DNA of 64,000 nt. Source: an uncultured Pseudomonadota bacterium (GTDB taxonomy: Bacteria > Pseudomonadota > Alphaproteobacteria > Rs-D84). The position numbers were made by a program, and so were the translations under genes. Within the stretch, counting starts at the first letter, position 1. Each line of letters begins with the position of its first letter. The stretch spans positions 69,744-133,743 of the forward strand of contig CADCKW010000002.1 in the NCBI GenBank assembly GCA_902802115.1. The letters are read 5' to 3'. Positions 20,869-29,885 of this stretch are shown here, one piece after another. The notes below the pieces were generated by a model, which worked only from the letters and a program-made list of their open reading frames with translations, had not been told where the DNA came from and did not search any database.

Positions 20869-20900
20869 CACCGCCAAAATGGGCGGATTCTTTTTTTATT
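20869..20900 (+). terminator. terminator hairpin CCGCCAAAATGGGCGG plus T-run
   Basis: Perfect 6-bp stem plus T-run; a near-identical hairpin recurs at 22024-22048. Confidence 0.55.
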
Positions 20901-21384
20901 TTTGTTTATCATGTCCGGCAATTGTGGTTATTTGCCATGGCAATTTAATAACACTTGGTTGTTTTTGTTTGGTTCCTTGGTTATCAATCAAACCAAACAA
21001 CGCCGACCGAAAGTTCGCGAAAGTACGGACGGCGTACGCACAGAGGAACGCGCCGACGTTCGCACTATGCCTCTTGAGGATTAACACCCAAGACACCGGT
21101 GTTATATCACGTGTCACAACACGACACCATGAGTTGTTCCCAGGTTTTGACGACGGTTCGCCCGATTTCGCATGTTCACCATTCGTTTCCGACGACATTA
21201 TGTGAAATTCGGTAATGTCTGGGTTTTGTTCCTGCATCCATGCAAAAACTTCTTTGATATAATCTATGTAATCTATTTTCTCACCACGATATGTTGTTGC
21301 CGATTTTCCACCAACGAAAACACCAACATCACCTTTTTCATCGCGTTTTACCGTAATATATTCTGTATCCGGTATATTTGTCAT
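20896..21384 (-). CDS. hypothetical protein, paralog 1 of tandem pair
   Basis: Shares the N-terminal 60 aa almost exactly (MTNIPDTEYITVKRD...VGVFVGG...FAWMQEQNP..EFHI) with the adjacent ORF. Confidence 0.5.
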   Translation of the reverse strand: MTNIPDTEYITVKRDEKGDVGVFVGGKSATTYRGEKIDYIDYIKEVFAWMQEQNPDITEFHIMSSETNGEHAKSGEPSSKPGNNSWCRVVTRDITPVSWVLILKRHSANVGAFLCAYAVRTFANFRSALFGLIDNQGTKQKQPSVIKLPWQITTIAGHDKQK

Positions 21385-21386
21385 AT

Positions 21387-21923
21387 TTACCCCCTGGTAT
21401 TTTGTCCAGATTTACGGACAACAATTTCATAAGCACCGATTTTATGTGTGCCAACAAATTTAGACAAATCTGTATCTTTTAACGCATTTGTTAATGCGTT
21501 TTGTTTTTTATTCGCCGCACCAAACACCGCCGAACGAAACGACGCGGAGACGCGGACGTAGCGCGCGCAGTAGTTCGCACAGTTGTGCGCACAATTGGCA
21601 GCCAAACTGGCCGTGTCGTAGAAGACCCAAGCACCCAATTTACCGTTTTTAAATTTTACCCGACACCATGCATTTGGACCAAACACACCATTCGGATTGC
21701 CCGGCTTTGCATGTTCGCCACGCGTTTTAAATGCGCCAATATGAAATTCCTCTATTTCTGGATTTTGTTCCTGCATCCATGCAAACATATTTTTAACATA
21801 TTGCATACCGCATATATCTTCACCATGATATGTTGTTGCCGGGTTTCCACCAACGAAAACACCAACCTGACCATCTTTGTCGCGTTTTACCGTAATATAT
21901 TCTGTATCCGGTATATTTGTCAT
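21387..21923 (-). CDS. hypothetical Cys-rich protein, paralog 2 of tandem pair
   Basis: Same conserved N-terminal region, divergent Cys-rich C-terminus (CAHNCANYCARY). Confidence 0.5.
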   Translation of the reverse strand: MTNIPDTEYITVKRDKDGQVGVFVGGNPATTYHGEDICGMQYVKNMFAWMQEQNPEIEEFHIGAFKTRGEHAKPGNPNGVFGPNAWCRVKFKNGKLGAWVFYDTASLAANCAHNCANYCARYVRVSASFRSAVFGAANKKQNALTNALKDTDLSKFVGTHKIGAYEIVVRKSGQNTRG

Positions 21924-22142
21924 ATTTTATCCTTTTTATATACACATATATAATATATTACAAAAAATTCATTTGTCAAGTTTAAAAAAGAAAAAATTTA
22001 TATATCACCCAATAAAGAACCAAACCGCCCAAATGGGCGGTGTTTTTGTTTAAAAATGCGCATAAAACCAATAAAAAAACTTGTAATTGTGGATTTTGTC
22101 GGTATAGTGATTAATAGACAAACACGCAACAGGTATATATTT

Positions 22143-22937
22143 ATGGCGGACAATTTACAATTATCTATTCCAATACAATATGATTGGCAAAAATTGTTTT
22201 TGCCGGATATAAAACGTCCAGAGATATTAAATACATCTTTTAAAATACCCAAAGATTTTAACGCGTCTGCACAAAAATTGCGAAACAGATTAAATGCAGA
22301 ATTACCACAATGTGATAATTTAATTCAGTTGGCTAATTTAATTATCCCATGTGCAAAAATGCAGTATTTACATAATCATTTTTCAATAATTGGTCATAAA
22401 AGCGAATTTATATATGATGCCGATACCGCTAATAAAATGATTGTTTTACTGTACGATATCGCCAGTCGCGATTTAAACCGCCACCCAATACAACAATATA
22501 TGGATTTGCATTTATACCAAGGTCCTGTTTTGAGCCTGGGTAATTATGGCAGTGCGGTTGCAGACCCAAAAAAATATACTTTTTATATCGTAAATAATCA
22601 TGTAAAAACGGTTCCTGTGTTCAATGGCAATGTAAATCCAGCAATAAAACAATCTGTCCAGGTGTTAGATTATATTATGTATAATTCTTTGACAGAATTG
22701 TATAAAACCCACCCCCAAGGTTATGTTGATGGTATAATTTTCCAGAATATCTGTCGGGATTCTTTTAATTATCCAGAAATGCAACAAATATTTAACAACA
22801 GAAAACAATATGCAATTAGTCATAAATCTGGGTTTAATAATTCCGGGTATGAAAAACTGATGGATTGGCATTTGGCAAAAATAAATCAATATTTACAAAT
22901 TGGTGTCACATTGGTTGCCAAGACCGGCGAGCGATAA
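22143..22937 (+). CDS. hypothetical protein
   Basis: Track ORF 22056-22937; a more plausible ATG at 22143 (MADNLQLS). No recognisable domain. Confidence 0.4.
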   Translation: MADNLQLSIPIQYDWQKLFLPDIKRPEILNTSFKIPKDFNASAQKLRNRLNAELPQCDNLIQLANLIIPCAKMQYLHNHFSIIGHKSEFIYDADTANKMIVLLYDIASRDLNRHPIQQYMDLHLYQGPVLSLGNYGSAVADPKKYTFYIVNNHVKTVPVFNGNVNPAIKQSVQVLDYIMYNSLTELYKTHPQGYVDGIIFQNICRDSFNYPEMQQIFNNRKQYAISHKSGFNNSGYEKLMDWHLAKINQYLQIGVTLVAKTGER

Positions 22938-23171
22938 ACCTTTAATTTTTATGCATTTTTTCCTTTTAACTTGCTTTTATAAACTATGTTTGATAATCTG
23001 GGTCGCGTCGCATATTGACGGGGTTAGTTTTATTGTTTTTAATTCTAATTTCTGCAATTCGCATGGCAATGTGTGGTATCGGTGGTTGCCTCCCTTGGCA
23101 TGGGCGGGATTGCCCCATGGGGACGGGTTGTATCCGTATATGTATGCGCATGAACGCAAAAGGATTTTTAT
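22938..23171 (+). promoter_or_regulatory. GC-rich structured leader upstream of rne (candidate autoregulatory 5'UTR)
   Basis: Locally GC-rich with complementary segments GGTTGCCTCCCTTGGCATGGGCGGGATTGCCCCATGGGGACGGG immediately upstream of the rne start. Confidence 0.35.
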
Positions 23172-24968
23172 ATGTCAAAAAAAATATACGTGGATGCTGT
23201 CCATCCGGAAGAAACACGCGTTGTTGTTGTTGATTCCGAAACCGGCCGCGTGTCTGATTTTGATGTAGAAACAACAACAAAACCCCAGATAAAAGGAAAC
23301 ATTTATCTGGCCAAGGTTATACGTGTTGAACCATCGCTTCAGGCCGCGTTCGTTGATTATGGAACTGGGAAAAACGGATTTTTGCCTTTTTCAGAAATCC
23401 ATCCTGATTATTACCAGGTGACCCCAGAACAAAAAAAGAAATTATTGGAATTGGCACATGCCAATATCGTTGATGACGATACAGACCCAGATGAAGAAAA
23501 TGACGAGGTTGCCGAATTCGATGACCAAAATTCTGGGGAAGATAATAAGGAATTTTTGAAACGCGCACGCGAATTCAAAATCCAAGACGTTATCAAACCA
23601 AAACAAATTTTATTGATTCAAGGTGTTAAAGAAGAACGTGGTTGCAAAGGCGCCTCGATGACAACATATTTGTCTTTGGCGGGTCGTTTTGCGGTTTTGA
23701 TGCCTAATTCACGCAAACGCAACAGTTATGGAATTTCTAAAAAGATTTCAGACAAGGCAGAGAGAGCCCGCTTGCGTGAAATATTACACAATTTAAAAAT
23801 TCCACGCGGTATGACCGTTGTTTTACGCACCGCTGCCGCGGGGGCATCTGCCGATGATATCGCCAAAGACTATGATTATTTGGTGAATCTGTGGAACGAT
23901 ATTCGTAAAACGACTTTGGAATCGGTCGCGCCGGTTATTATTCACGCCGAAGATTCCCTGCTCCGTCGTGTTGTGCGTGATTTTATCAGCGACAAAGATG
24001 ATTCTATGGTTATCCAAGGCGAAGAAGCGTTTGATGCCGCGAAAACCTATTTCCAGCAATTGTACGGACGCGCACCACGCAAACAAATCACACTGTATAA
24101 AGATGTCGCGTTGCCAATCATGGTCAAGGCCGGCGTCGAAAAACAGTTGGAAGGTTTGCATGGACCATATGTCGTTTTGCCATCTGGGGGGTCGATTGTT
24201 ATAAATCAAACCGAAGCCATGGTGACAATCGATGTTAATTCATCACGCGCAATCAAAGAAAAAGATATTGAACAAACCGCTTTGAATACCAACTTGGAAG
24301 CCGCCGAAGAAATTGCGTTGCAATTAAGACTGCGCGATTTGGCGGGGATTGTTGCAATTGACTTTATCGATATGGAAGAAGAACGCAATAATCGTAAATT
24401 GGAAATGAAAATGCGCGAGGTTATGAAACGTGACCGCGCACGCACCCAGGTTGCAAAAATCAATGCGTTTGGTGTGATGATGTTGTCGCGCCAACGTATG
24501 CGCAGCAGTTTCATTGAATCTTCGTATGTTGCATGTCCGCACTGTATGGGTGCCGGGGTCGTGCCAAGTATTCAAACGGCTTCGATTATATTATTCCGTC
24601 ATTTGCAAGAAAAACTGTTGGCAAAATCTGCCCAGAAAATTATTATGACGGTTCCAACCGATGTCGCAATTTATTTGTTAAATCAAAAACGTGCAGAATT
24701 ATCGGCAATGGAAAATGAATTCGAAACAGAAATCGTTATCGTTGGTGATGACAGTTTGATGAATATTGACCAATATTCTATTCAACGCGTCGCCCCAGAA
24801 CAAGTTAAAACAGATGATGTTTTGGCGGCTCATACCCCATCAACCGATGCGAAAAAGAAAAATGCACAACATGTCGAGGCAAAGCGCACAACAACAACTG
24901 CGCCACGCAGACATGCAAAAAAGAAACAACCACAAAAGAAATCCATTTGGAGAAAATTGGTTGGTTAA
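23172..24968 (+). CDS. rne: ribonuclease E/G family endoribonuclease (short RNase E)
   Basis: N-terminal S1/catalytic region MSKKIYVDAVHPEETRVVVVD...GNIYLAKVIRVEPSLQAAFVDYG; acidic insertion; basic C-terminal tail. Confidence 0.85.
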   Translation: MSKKIYVDAVHPEETRVVVVDSETGRVSDFDVETTTKPQIKGNIYLAKVIRVEPSLQAAFVDYGTGKNGFLPFSEIHPDYYQVTPEQKKKLLELAHANIVDDDTDPDEENDEVAEFDDQNSGEDNKEFLKRAREFKIQDVIKPKQILLIQGVKEERGCKGASMTTYLSLAGRFAVLMPNSRKRNSYGISKKISDKAERARLREILHNLKIPRGMTVVLRTAAAGASADDIAKDYDYLVNLWNDIRKTTLESVAPVIIHAEDSLLRRVVRDFISDKDDSMVIQGEEAFDAAKTYFQQLYGRAPRKQITLYKDVALPIMVKAGVEKQLEGLHGPYVVLPSGGSIVINQTEAMVTIDVNSSRAIKEKDIEQTALNTNLEAAEEIALQLRLRDLAGIVAIDFIDMEEERNNRKLEMKMREVMKRDRARTQVAKINAFGVMMLSRQRMRSSFIESSYVACPHCMGAGVVPSIQTASIILFRHLQEKLLAKSAQKIIMTVPTDVAIYLLNQKRAELSAMENEFETEIVIVGDDSLMNIDQYSIQRVAPEQVKTDDVLAAHTPSTDAKKKNAQHVEAKRTTTTAPRRHAKKKQPQKKSIWRKLVG

Positions 24969-24970
24969 AA
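24935..24970 (+). repeat. direct repeat 1: rne 3' coding end
   Basis: AAAGAAATCCATTTGGAGAAAATTGGTTGGTTAAAA; a second copy with one mismatch lies at 26841-26876. Confidence 0.6.
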
Positions 24971-24974
24971 AGTT

Positions 24975-25008
24975 CGCCCGGTATTCAAAAAGCCGGGCGT
25001 TTTTTTTA
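24975..25008. terminator. bidirectional terminator between rne and the convergent glycosylase gene
   Basis: CGCCCGGT...CCGGGCG hairpin flanked by A- and T-runs. Confidence 0.6.
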
Positions 25009-25752
25009 TCTGGTATGTGGGGATTTGCAAACATTGGCCTTTTTGGGTCCCAAAGGGCAATCTTGGCAATGTGGCACCCCGCGTTTTTTACAATAATTCT
25101 TGCCTATATAAAAACAAGGATAATCCAATTTGTATGGAGCAGTTGGATTTAATGCGCGTGCCATATATACAATTATATCTGTATTGTTTTTGTGTTCATT
25201 ATCAACAAAGCCCAGCTTGTTAAAAATCTGTTTTACATGTGTATCTGGGGATATATCCATAAAATGTTCGTCTAAAAAATTGTCACCAACATTGGCATAG
25301 CGGTGCAACATATTCGCCGCCATGGTTGCAATTTTTTTACCAACACCTTGGAATTCCAAAAATTTCACAATTATTTCGGCAAAAGATTTGGATTCTGTCC
25401 AAATTTTATCAGCATGACCGTCGTATTTTTCACGCATATGACGTATCGCTAAAACATATTCTTTGGACACCTTGATTGACCGATTATAGCCCGCGTGTGT
25501 TAATATTTCTTGCCATTGTTGGTCTGTGATTTTTTCTAATTCGGCAAATGAATCGTATGGAACCAGGTCTGGAATTTTCCATGCAATACTGGCATCTACA
25601 TTTTTATCTGCAACACAACACAATACAAAAAACGCAGGGTTGCGTTTAATTATTGCCCTGATTAATTTACCTTCGGTGCTTTCATATACCAATTTATTTC
25701 CATATTCCAACAACATTTTTACTGCTGGGGTGAATTGAGAAAAATCTGTCAC
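25006..25752 (-). CDS. HhH-GPD family DNA glycosylase with C-terminal Fe-S cluster loop (Nth-like)
   Basis: Helix-hairpin-helix GVGKKIATMAAN and C-terminal Cys spacing CQDCPLGPKKANVC; 248 aa. Confidence 0.55.
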   Translation of the reverse strand: MTDFSQFTPAVKMLLEYGNKLVYESTEGKLIRAIIKRNPAFFVLCCVADKNVDASIAWKIPDLVPYDSFAELEKITDQQWQEILTHAGYNRSIKVSKEYVLAIRHMREKYDGHADKIWTESKSFAEIIVKFLEFQGVGKKIATMAANMLHRYANVGDNFLDEHFMDISPDTHVKQIFNKLGFVDNEHKNNTDIIVYMARALNPTAPYKLDYPCFYIGKNYCKKRGVPHCQDCPLGPKKANVCKSPHTR

Positions 25753-25764
25753 TTTTTTTATCCT

Positions 25765-26775
25765 TTACATCATATAAATATAATCCAACAACATTTTGTC
25801 GGCACTGAACCGCGCATATTTTTTTGCCGTCGCAGTATCCATTTTCAAAACCGTTATATAATATTTTTCCAATGTTGTTTTCATTTTTTCATAACCGCGT
25901 TTGGCGTGTGAATTTGCCAATATTTTTGATTCTAAATCTGTGGCGGTAATATGAACATCTTTGTCGTCACAATCGGCATCATCTGTTTCCCAATCGCAAT
26001 ATGCGGTGCGTTCGACATAAATATCGTCCAAATTATCTGTTTTAAAAAAGTGCGTTGGATATGTCATCATGTAAATAAAATCATGATAATTTGATGTTCT
26101 GTATCCAAAACGTATTGTGCCATCAATCGCGCCAAATGAATTTAAAGACAACAAATATTCCAAACCGTCCGCATCAAAGAAATCATCAAAATCTATGAAT
26201 TTTCCATTTAATTCATATTCGCAAACAGACGGAATCGATAAATCACGCGTTGAACCAAACCATGCATCTATCAATTTTAACGCATCTTCATTTTCGCGTA
26301 TCATATCCATATAAACGCATGGCATAGACATTTGATACACAAACATTGCATCATCAATTGTGTTGATTGGTGTTGGTGTTATTGTATATGTCATTTTATT
26401 AAAATCATAATAGGGATAACAATAATTATCATATTTTTCCAAAGTATCGCCATTGATTTTGGCATATTGACATTTTTGCAACATTGATTTTGTTGCCGTA
26501 TTTAACATTTTTATTGCCAAATCCCAATCATAATGCGATTTATCCGTTAAATAAATGTATGATAAATATAACATGGAATCTATTTTAGATTCAGGCAAAG
26601 ACACCAATTTATCATCAGGCAAATCAACCGCATCACCAATACAGTCCTGGTATATTTTAATCGCAGAATCACGATTTTCCCAATTTACATTTTTGATTTT
26701 TTTGCACTGTGGCGCGTCATTTTGACCGCATGCCGCCAACAATAACGCAATTAAAAAATATGTTATTTTTTTCAT
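25765..26775 (-). CDS. hypothetical lipoprotein
   Basis: Signal plus lipobox LLAACGQ; no recognised domain. Confidence 0.5.
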   Translation of the reverse strand: MKKITYFLIALLLAACGQNDAPQCKKIKNVNWENRDSAIKIYQDCIGDAVDLPDDKLVSLPESKIDSMLYLSYIYLTDKSHYDWDLAIKMLNTATKSMLQKCQYAKINGDTLEKYDNYCYPYYDFNKMTYTITPTPINTIDDAMFVYQMSMPCVYMDMIRENEDALKLIDAWFGSTRDLSIPSVCEYELNGKFIDFDDFFDADGLEYLLSLNSFGAIDGTIRFGYRTSNYHDFIYMMTYPTHFFKTDNLDDIYVERTAYCDWETDDADCDDKDVHITATDLESKILANSHAKRGYEKMKTTLEKYYITVLKMDTATAKKYARFSADKMLLDYIYMM

Positions 26776-26840
26776 AATTACATAATACCGCTTTTTGCAA
26801 TTTTAGTCAATAAAAGTTGTGTAAAGCGTGATAAAAAAAC

Positions 26841-26876
26841 AAAGGAATCCATTTGGAGAAAATTGGTTGGTTAAAA
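26841..26876 (+). repeat. direct repeat 2: non-coding copy of the rne 3' end
   Basis: AAAGGAATCCATTTGGAGAAAATTGGTTGGTTAAAA, followed by a terminator-like hairpin CGCCCGAAGATATCGGGCG plus T-run. Confidence 0.6.
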
Positions 26877-27450
26877 TTAAAACGCCCGAAGATATCGGGC
26901 GTTTTGTTTTATTTAAAAAACTTATAAATAAAAAAGGATCGCGCGGTCCATTTTTATTTGTTGCATTGCGTTGATCTATACAGAATTGTATTAGTAGGAT
27001 TTAATCGTGCCTTGTTCTTTTCAAAAGATATTTCCTTGGTATTGTTTGTCGAATCAGAGGTCAACACATTGTCACAAACACCAAAAATTAGAAATATACA
27101 CAGTGCCCCGGCACAACAACCATAAGTAAAAATCTGTAATGGGAGTATTGGATTATTCTTGAGTTTTTCCTCACGCATAAGTTGTTTGTACAAATTATTT
27201 TTTTTATTCATAATTTACCTCTTATACCAAGATTATTCGTAGGCAAATGTAGCACAAAAAAATTACACTGTCAAACATTTTACCTAAAACTCAATATTGT
27301 GTCCAAGATGTTATGCGACCGGGGTGCTGCGCCAATATTGAAACATTTGCTGACGCAAATCGGCATACTCTCGTCTGCCTTTCACCTGCGGTTCGAACGG
27401 ATTGTTCGCCGGCTCGAACCAAATTATATTCACACAATAAATAAAAAAAA

Positions 27451-27478
27451 CACCCCTGACGGGGTATTTTTTTTATTT
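27451..27478. terminator. terminator hairpin downstream of the tRNA-Ala/tRNA-His unit
   Basis: ACCCCTGACGGGGT followed by a T-run. Confidence 0.5.
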
Positions 27479-27479
27479 A

Positions 27480-27557
27480 TGGGGCGGATGACCGGATTCG
27501 AACCGGCGACATTCGGTACCACAAACCGACGCTCTAACCAGCTGAGCTACATCCGCC
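27480..27557 (-). tRNA. tRNA-His (anticodon GUG) with encoded G-1 and CCA
   Basis: Reverse complement reads G-GCGGATG TA GCTC AGCTGGTTA GAGC G TCGGT TTGTGGT ACCGA ... GCCGG TTCGAAT CCGGT CATCCGC C CCA; the extra 5' G is typical of tRNA-His. Confidence 0.85.
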
Positions 27558-27666
27558 ATGAAACTTTTACAATGGTTTTATGTTTTACATGTCCGCCTAC
27601 GCCAAAGGCTACGGCGGGACACTGAATTTTCTTAATTGTGCGCCTTGCGCGCAATAACGAAAATTC

Positions 27667-27742
27667 GTGGTGGAGCTGATCAGACTCGAACTGACGACCC
27701 CTTGCATGCCATGCAAGTGCTCTACCAACTGAGCTACAACCC
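27667..27742 (-). tRNA. tRNA-Ala (anticodon GGC) with G3:U70
   Basis: Reverse complement GGGGTTG TA GCTC...GAGC A CTTGC ATGGCAT GCAAG ... TTCGAGT ... CAGCTCC A CCA; the acceptor stem carries the G3-U70 alanine identity pair. Confidence 0.85.
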
Positions 27743-27827
27743 CACAAAGCAAAACATATTCTATATTTCTTCTTGCTAAATGTCAAATATTTTTGCTACT
27801 CTCCTTTTGACATCTAAGGAGAACTAT

Positions 27828-28388
27828 ATGGATTATCAAACTTTAAAAAATGAAGTCGAACAAAAAACAGCCCAAACATTAGAAGTTTTGCAAAATGAAT
27901 TTGCTGGATTACGCACTGGACGTGCATCTGTGCATTTGTTGGACGGCGTGCGTGTGCCGGTTTATGGTTCCGATATGCCATTAAATCAAGTTGCAACTGT
28001 TTCAACACCTGATAACCAAACATTAAATGTGACTGTTTGGGACATGAATAATGTGGGTCCGGTGGAAAAAGCAATTCGTGATTCTGGATTGGGATTAAAC
28101 CCTATGTCTGCGGGTGCGGTTATTCGTTTGAATATGCCACCACTTACCGAAGAACGCCGCAAGGAATTAACCAAGGTTGCTGGCAAATATGCCGAAGAAG
28201 CCAAGATTTCTATGCGTAATATTCGCCAAGATGCAATGTCCAAGATTAAACGCGCCGTCACAGACAAAGAAATCAGCGAAGATGATCAACGCAAATACGA
28301 AGACGATATACAAAAGGTTTTCGATGCGCGCGGCACCGAGGTCGATGCCATGGCAAAGAAAAAAGAAGCAGATATTATGGCTGTGTAA
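27828..28388 (+). CDS. frr: ribosome recycling factor
   Basis: ATG at 27828 with GGAG RBS; MDYQTLKNEVEQKTAQTLEVLQNEFAGLRTGRAS is a typical Frr N-terminus. Confidence 0.9.
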   Translation: MDYQTLKNEVEQKTAQTLEVLQNEFAGLRTGRASVHLLDGVRVPVYGSDMPLNQVATVSTPDNQTLNVTVWDMNNVGPVEKAIRDSGLGLNPMSAGAVIRLNMPPLTEERRKELTKVAGKYAEEAKISMRNIRQDAMSKIKRAVTDKEISEDDQRKYEDDIQKVFDARGTEVDAMAKKKEADIMAV

Positions 28389-28443
28389 TTTCATAAATCA
28401 AAAAATATAAAACTTAACATTTTATATAGGAAAGGTGACGAAT

Positions 28444-29202
28444 ATGTTTAAATTTTTCAAAAAAACAAAATCTGTTAATCCAACAAAAATTCCACAGCAC
28501 ATTGCTTTTATTTGCGATGGCAATCGTCGTTGGGCGGAAAACCGCGGTTTGCCACCATTGATGGGACACCAGGCTGGCATTGCCAACTTTGAAAAAATGG
28601 CAGAATGGTTTATGAACCGCGGTGTGACAACATTAACTTTCTTTATTTTTTCCACAGAAAACTGGGACCGCAGTGAAGAAGAAGTAAATTTCTTGATGAA
28701 TTTGTTTTGCGATGTAATGGAAAAAAATAAGGATTATGCTTTAAAACAAAATATTCGTTATCGTGTTATTGGGTCGCGCGATAAGTTGCCCAAAAAATTG
28801 GCAAAATTGTGTGATGAACTGGAAGAAAAATCTGCAGAAAACACCGGTGGGACGATTGTATTCGCGTTGAATTATGGTGGTCAAGACGAGATTGTTCGTG
28901 CGGCAAACATGGCAATTGAAAATGGCGAGCCTGTCACACGCGAAACATTTGAAACATTTATGGATTCAGGGGATTTGTTGCCGATTGATTTAATGGTTCG
29001 AACCAGCAACGAGTGCAGAATTTCTAACTTTATGTTATGGAAATTGGCGTATGCTGAATTGTTATTTGTTCCAGAACATTGGCCTGATTTGGTTCGCAGT
29101 GAAAAATTATGGCAACATGTTTTGGACGAATTTGCCACACGCAATCGCAGATTTGGTGGCGGAAAAAAGAAAGATTATTCAGGTAAAGCAAAGGGTAAAT
29201 AA
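28444..29202 (+). CDS. uppS: undecaprenyl diphosphate synthase
   Basis: HIAFICDGNRRWA and downstream UPPS motifs; ATG at 28444 (track ORF starts at a GTG at 28435). Confidence 0.9.
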   Translation: MFKFFKKTKSVNPTKIPQHIAFICDGNRRWAENRGLPPLMGHQAGIANFEKMAEWFMNRGVTTLTFFIFSTENWDRSEEEVNFLMNLFCDVMEKNKDYALKQNIRYRVIGSRDKLPKKLAKLCDELEEKSAENTGGTIVFALNYGGQDEIVRAANMAIENGEPVTRETFETFMDSGDLLPIDLMVRTSNECRISNFMLWKLAYAELLFVPEHWPDLVRSEKLWQHVLDEFATRNRRFGGGKKKDYSGKAKGK

Positions 29203-29204
29203 TT

Positions 29205-29849
29205 ATGTCTGAAACAATGAAACGTGTGTTGGTGTCGTTCGTAATGCTGGGCATCGTTTGTGTTGCCACGGTATTGGAACATTTTCATATTCCTGCGGTG
29301 CGGTGGTTGTCTGTATTGGTTGCATCTGGCATGGTTTATGAAATGGCAAATCGCCTGTTTAATACAGAACGCGAAAATATCGCGCAACATGGTTTATTGT
29401 TTTTCGTGTTCTTGGCATGGTTGGTTATGTTGATTGCGGCGGCATATTATGTTGGTGCAAATGCGCGCAATATGGTTTTATTGTTGGCTGTTATTTGTGC
29501 TGCTGATATTGGTGCATGGTTTTTTGGAAAAATGTTCGGTGGCGATAAAATGTGGGAACGAATTTCTGCACACAAAACATGGACTGGACAAATCGCAGGC
29601 ATCATTTGTGGCGCATTGGTATCGTTGGCTTTTGGACCGTTGGTTGTTGGAAATTATCAACCTGAATTATTATGGATTGGTATATCGGTTGCATTGTTAT
29701 CTCAATACGGTGATTTAACCGCCAGTTTTATAAAGCGCAATTTGGGCATCAAAGATTTCGGGACAATTTTACCTGGTCATGGCGGATTGCTGGATAGGTT
29801 TGATGGCTGGATTTATGTGTTGCCGATTGTGTGGTGGATTTTGGGTTAA
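29205..29849 (+). CDS. cdsA: phosphatidate cytidylyltransferase
   Basis: Polytopic, C-terminal signature GHGGLLDRFD. Confidence 0.85.
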   Translation: MSETMKRVLVSFVMLGIVCVATVLEHFHIPAVRWLSVLVASGMVYEMANRLFNTERENIAQHGLLFFVFLAWLVMLIAAAYYVGANARNMVLLLAVICAADIGAWFFGKMFGGDKMWERISAHKTWTGQIAGIICGALVSLAFGPLVVGNYQPELLWIGISVALLSQYGDLTASFIKRNLGIKDFGTILPGHGGLLDRFDGWIYVLPIVWWILG

Positions 29850-29885
29850 AATAAATTTGGATTTAACTGGGGAGGATTTATAAAA

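Noticed and set aside
21501-21953. 150-aa plus-strand ORF
   Set aside because: It is fully antisense to the tandem paralog at 21387-21923 and has no translation signals. The minus-strand gene has a conserved paralog, which supports it as the real frame.
27182-27625. 147-aa plus-strand ORF
   Set aside because: It overlaps tRNA-His on the opposite strand and its terminator, and has no coding signature.
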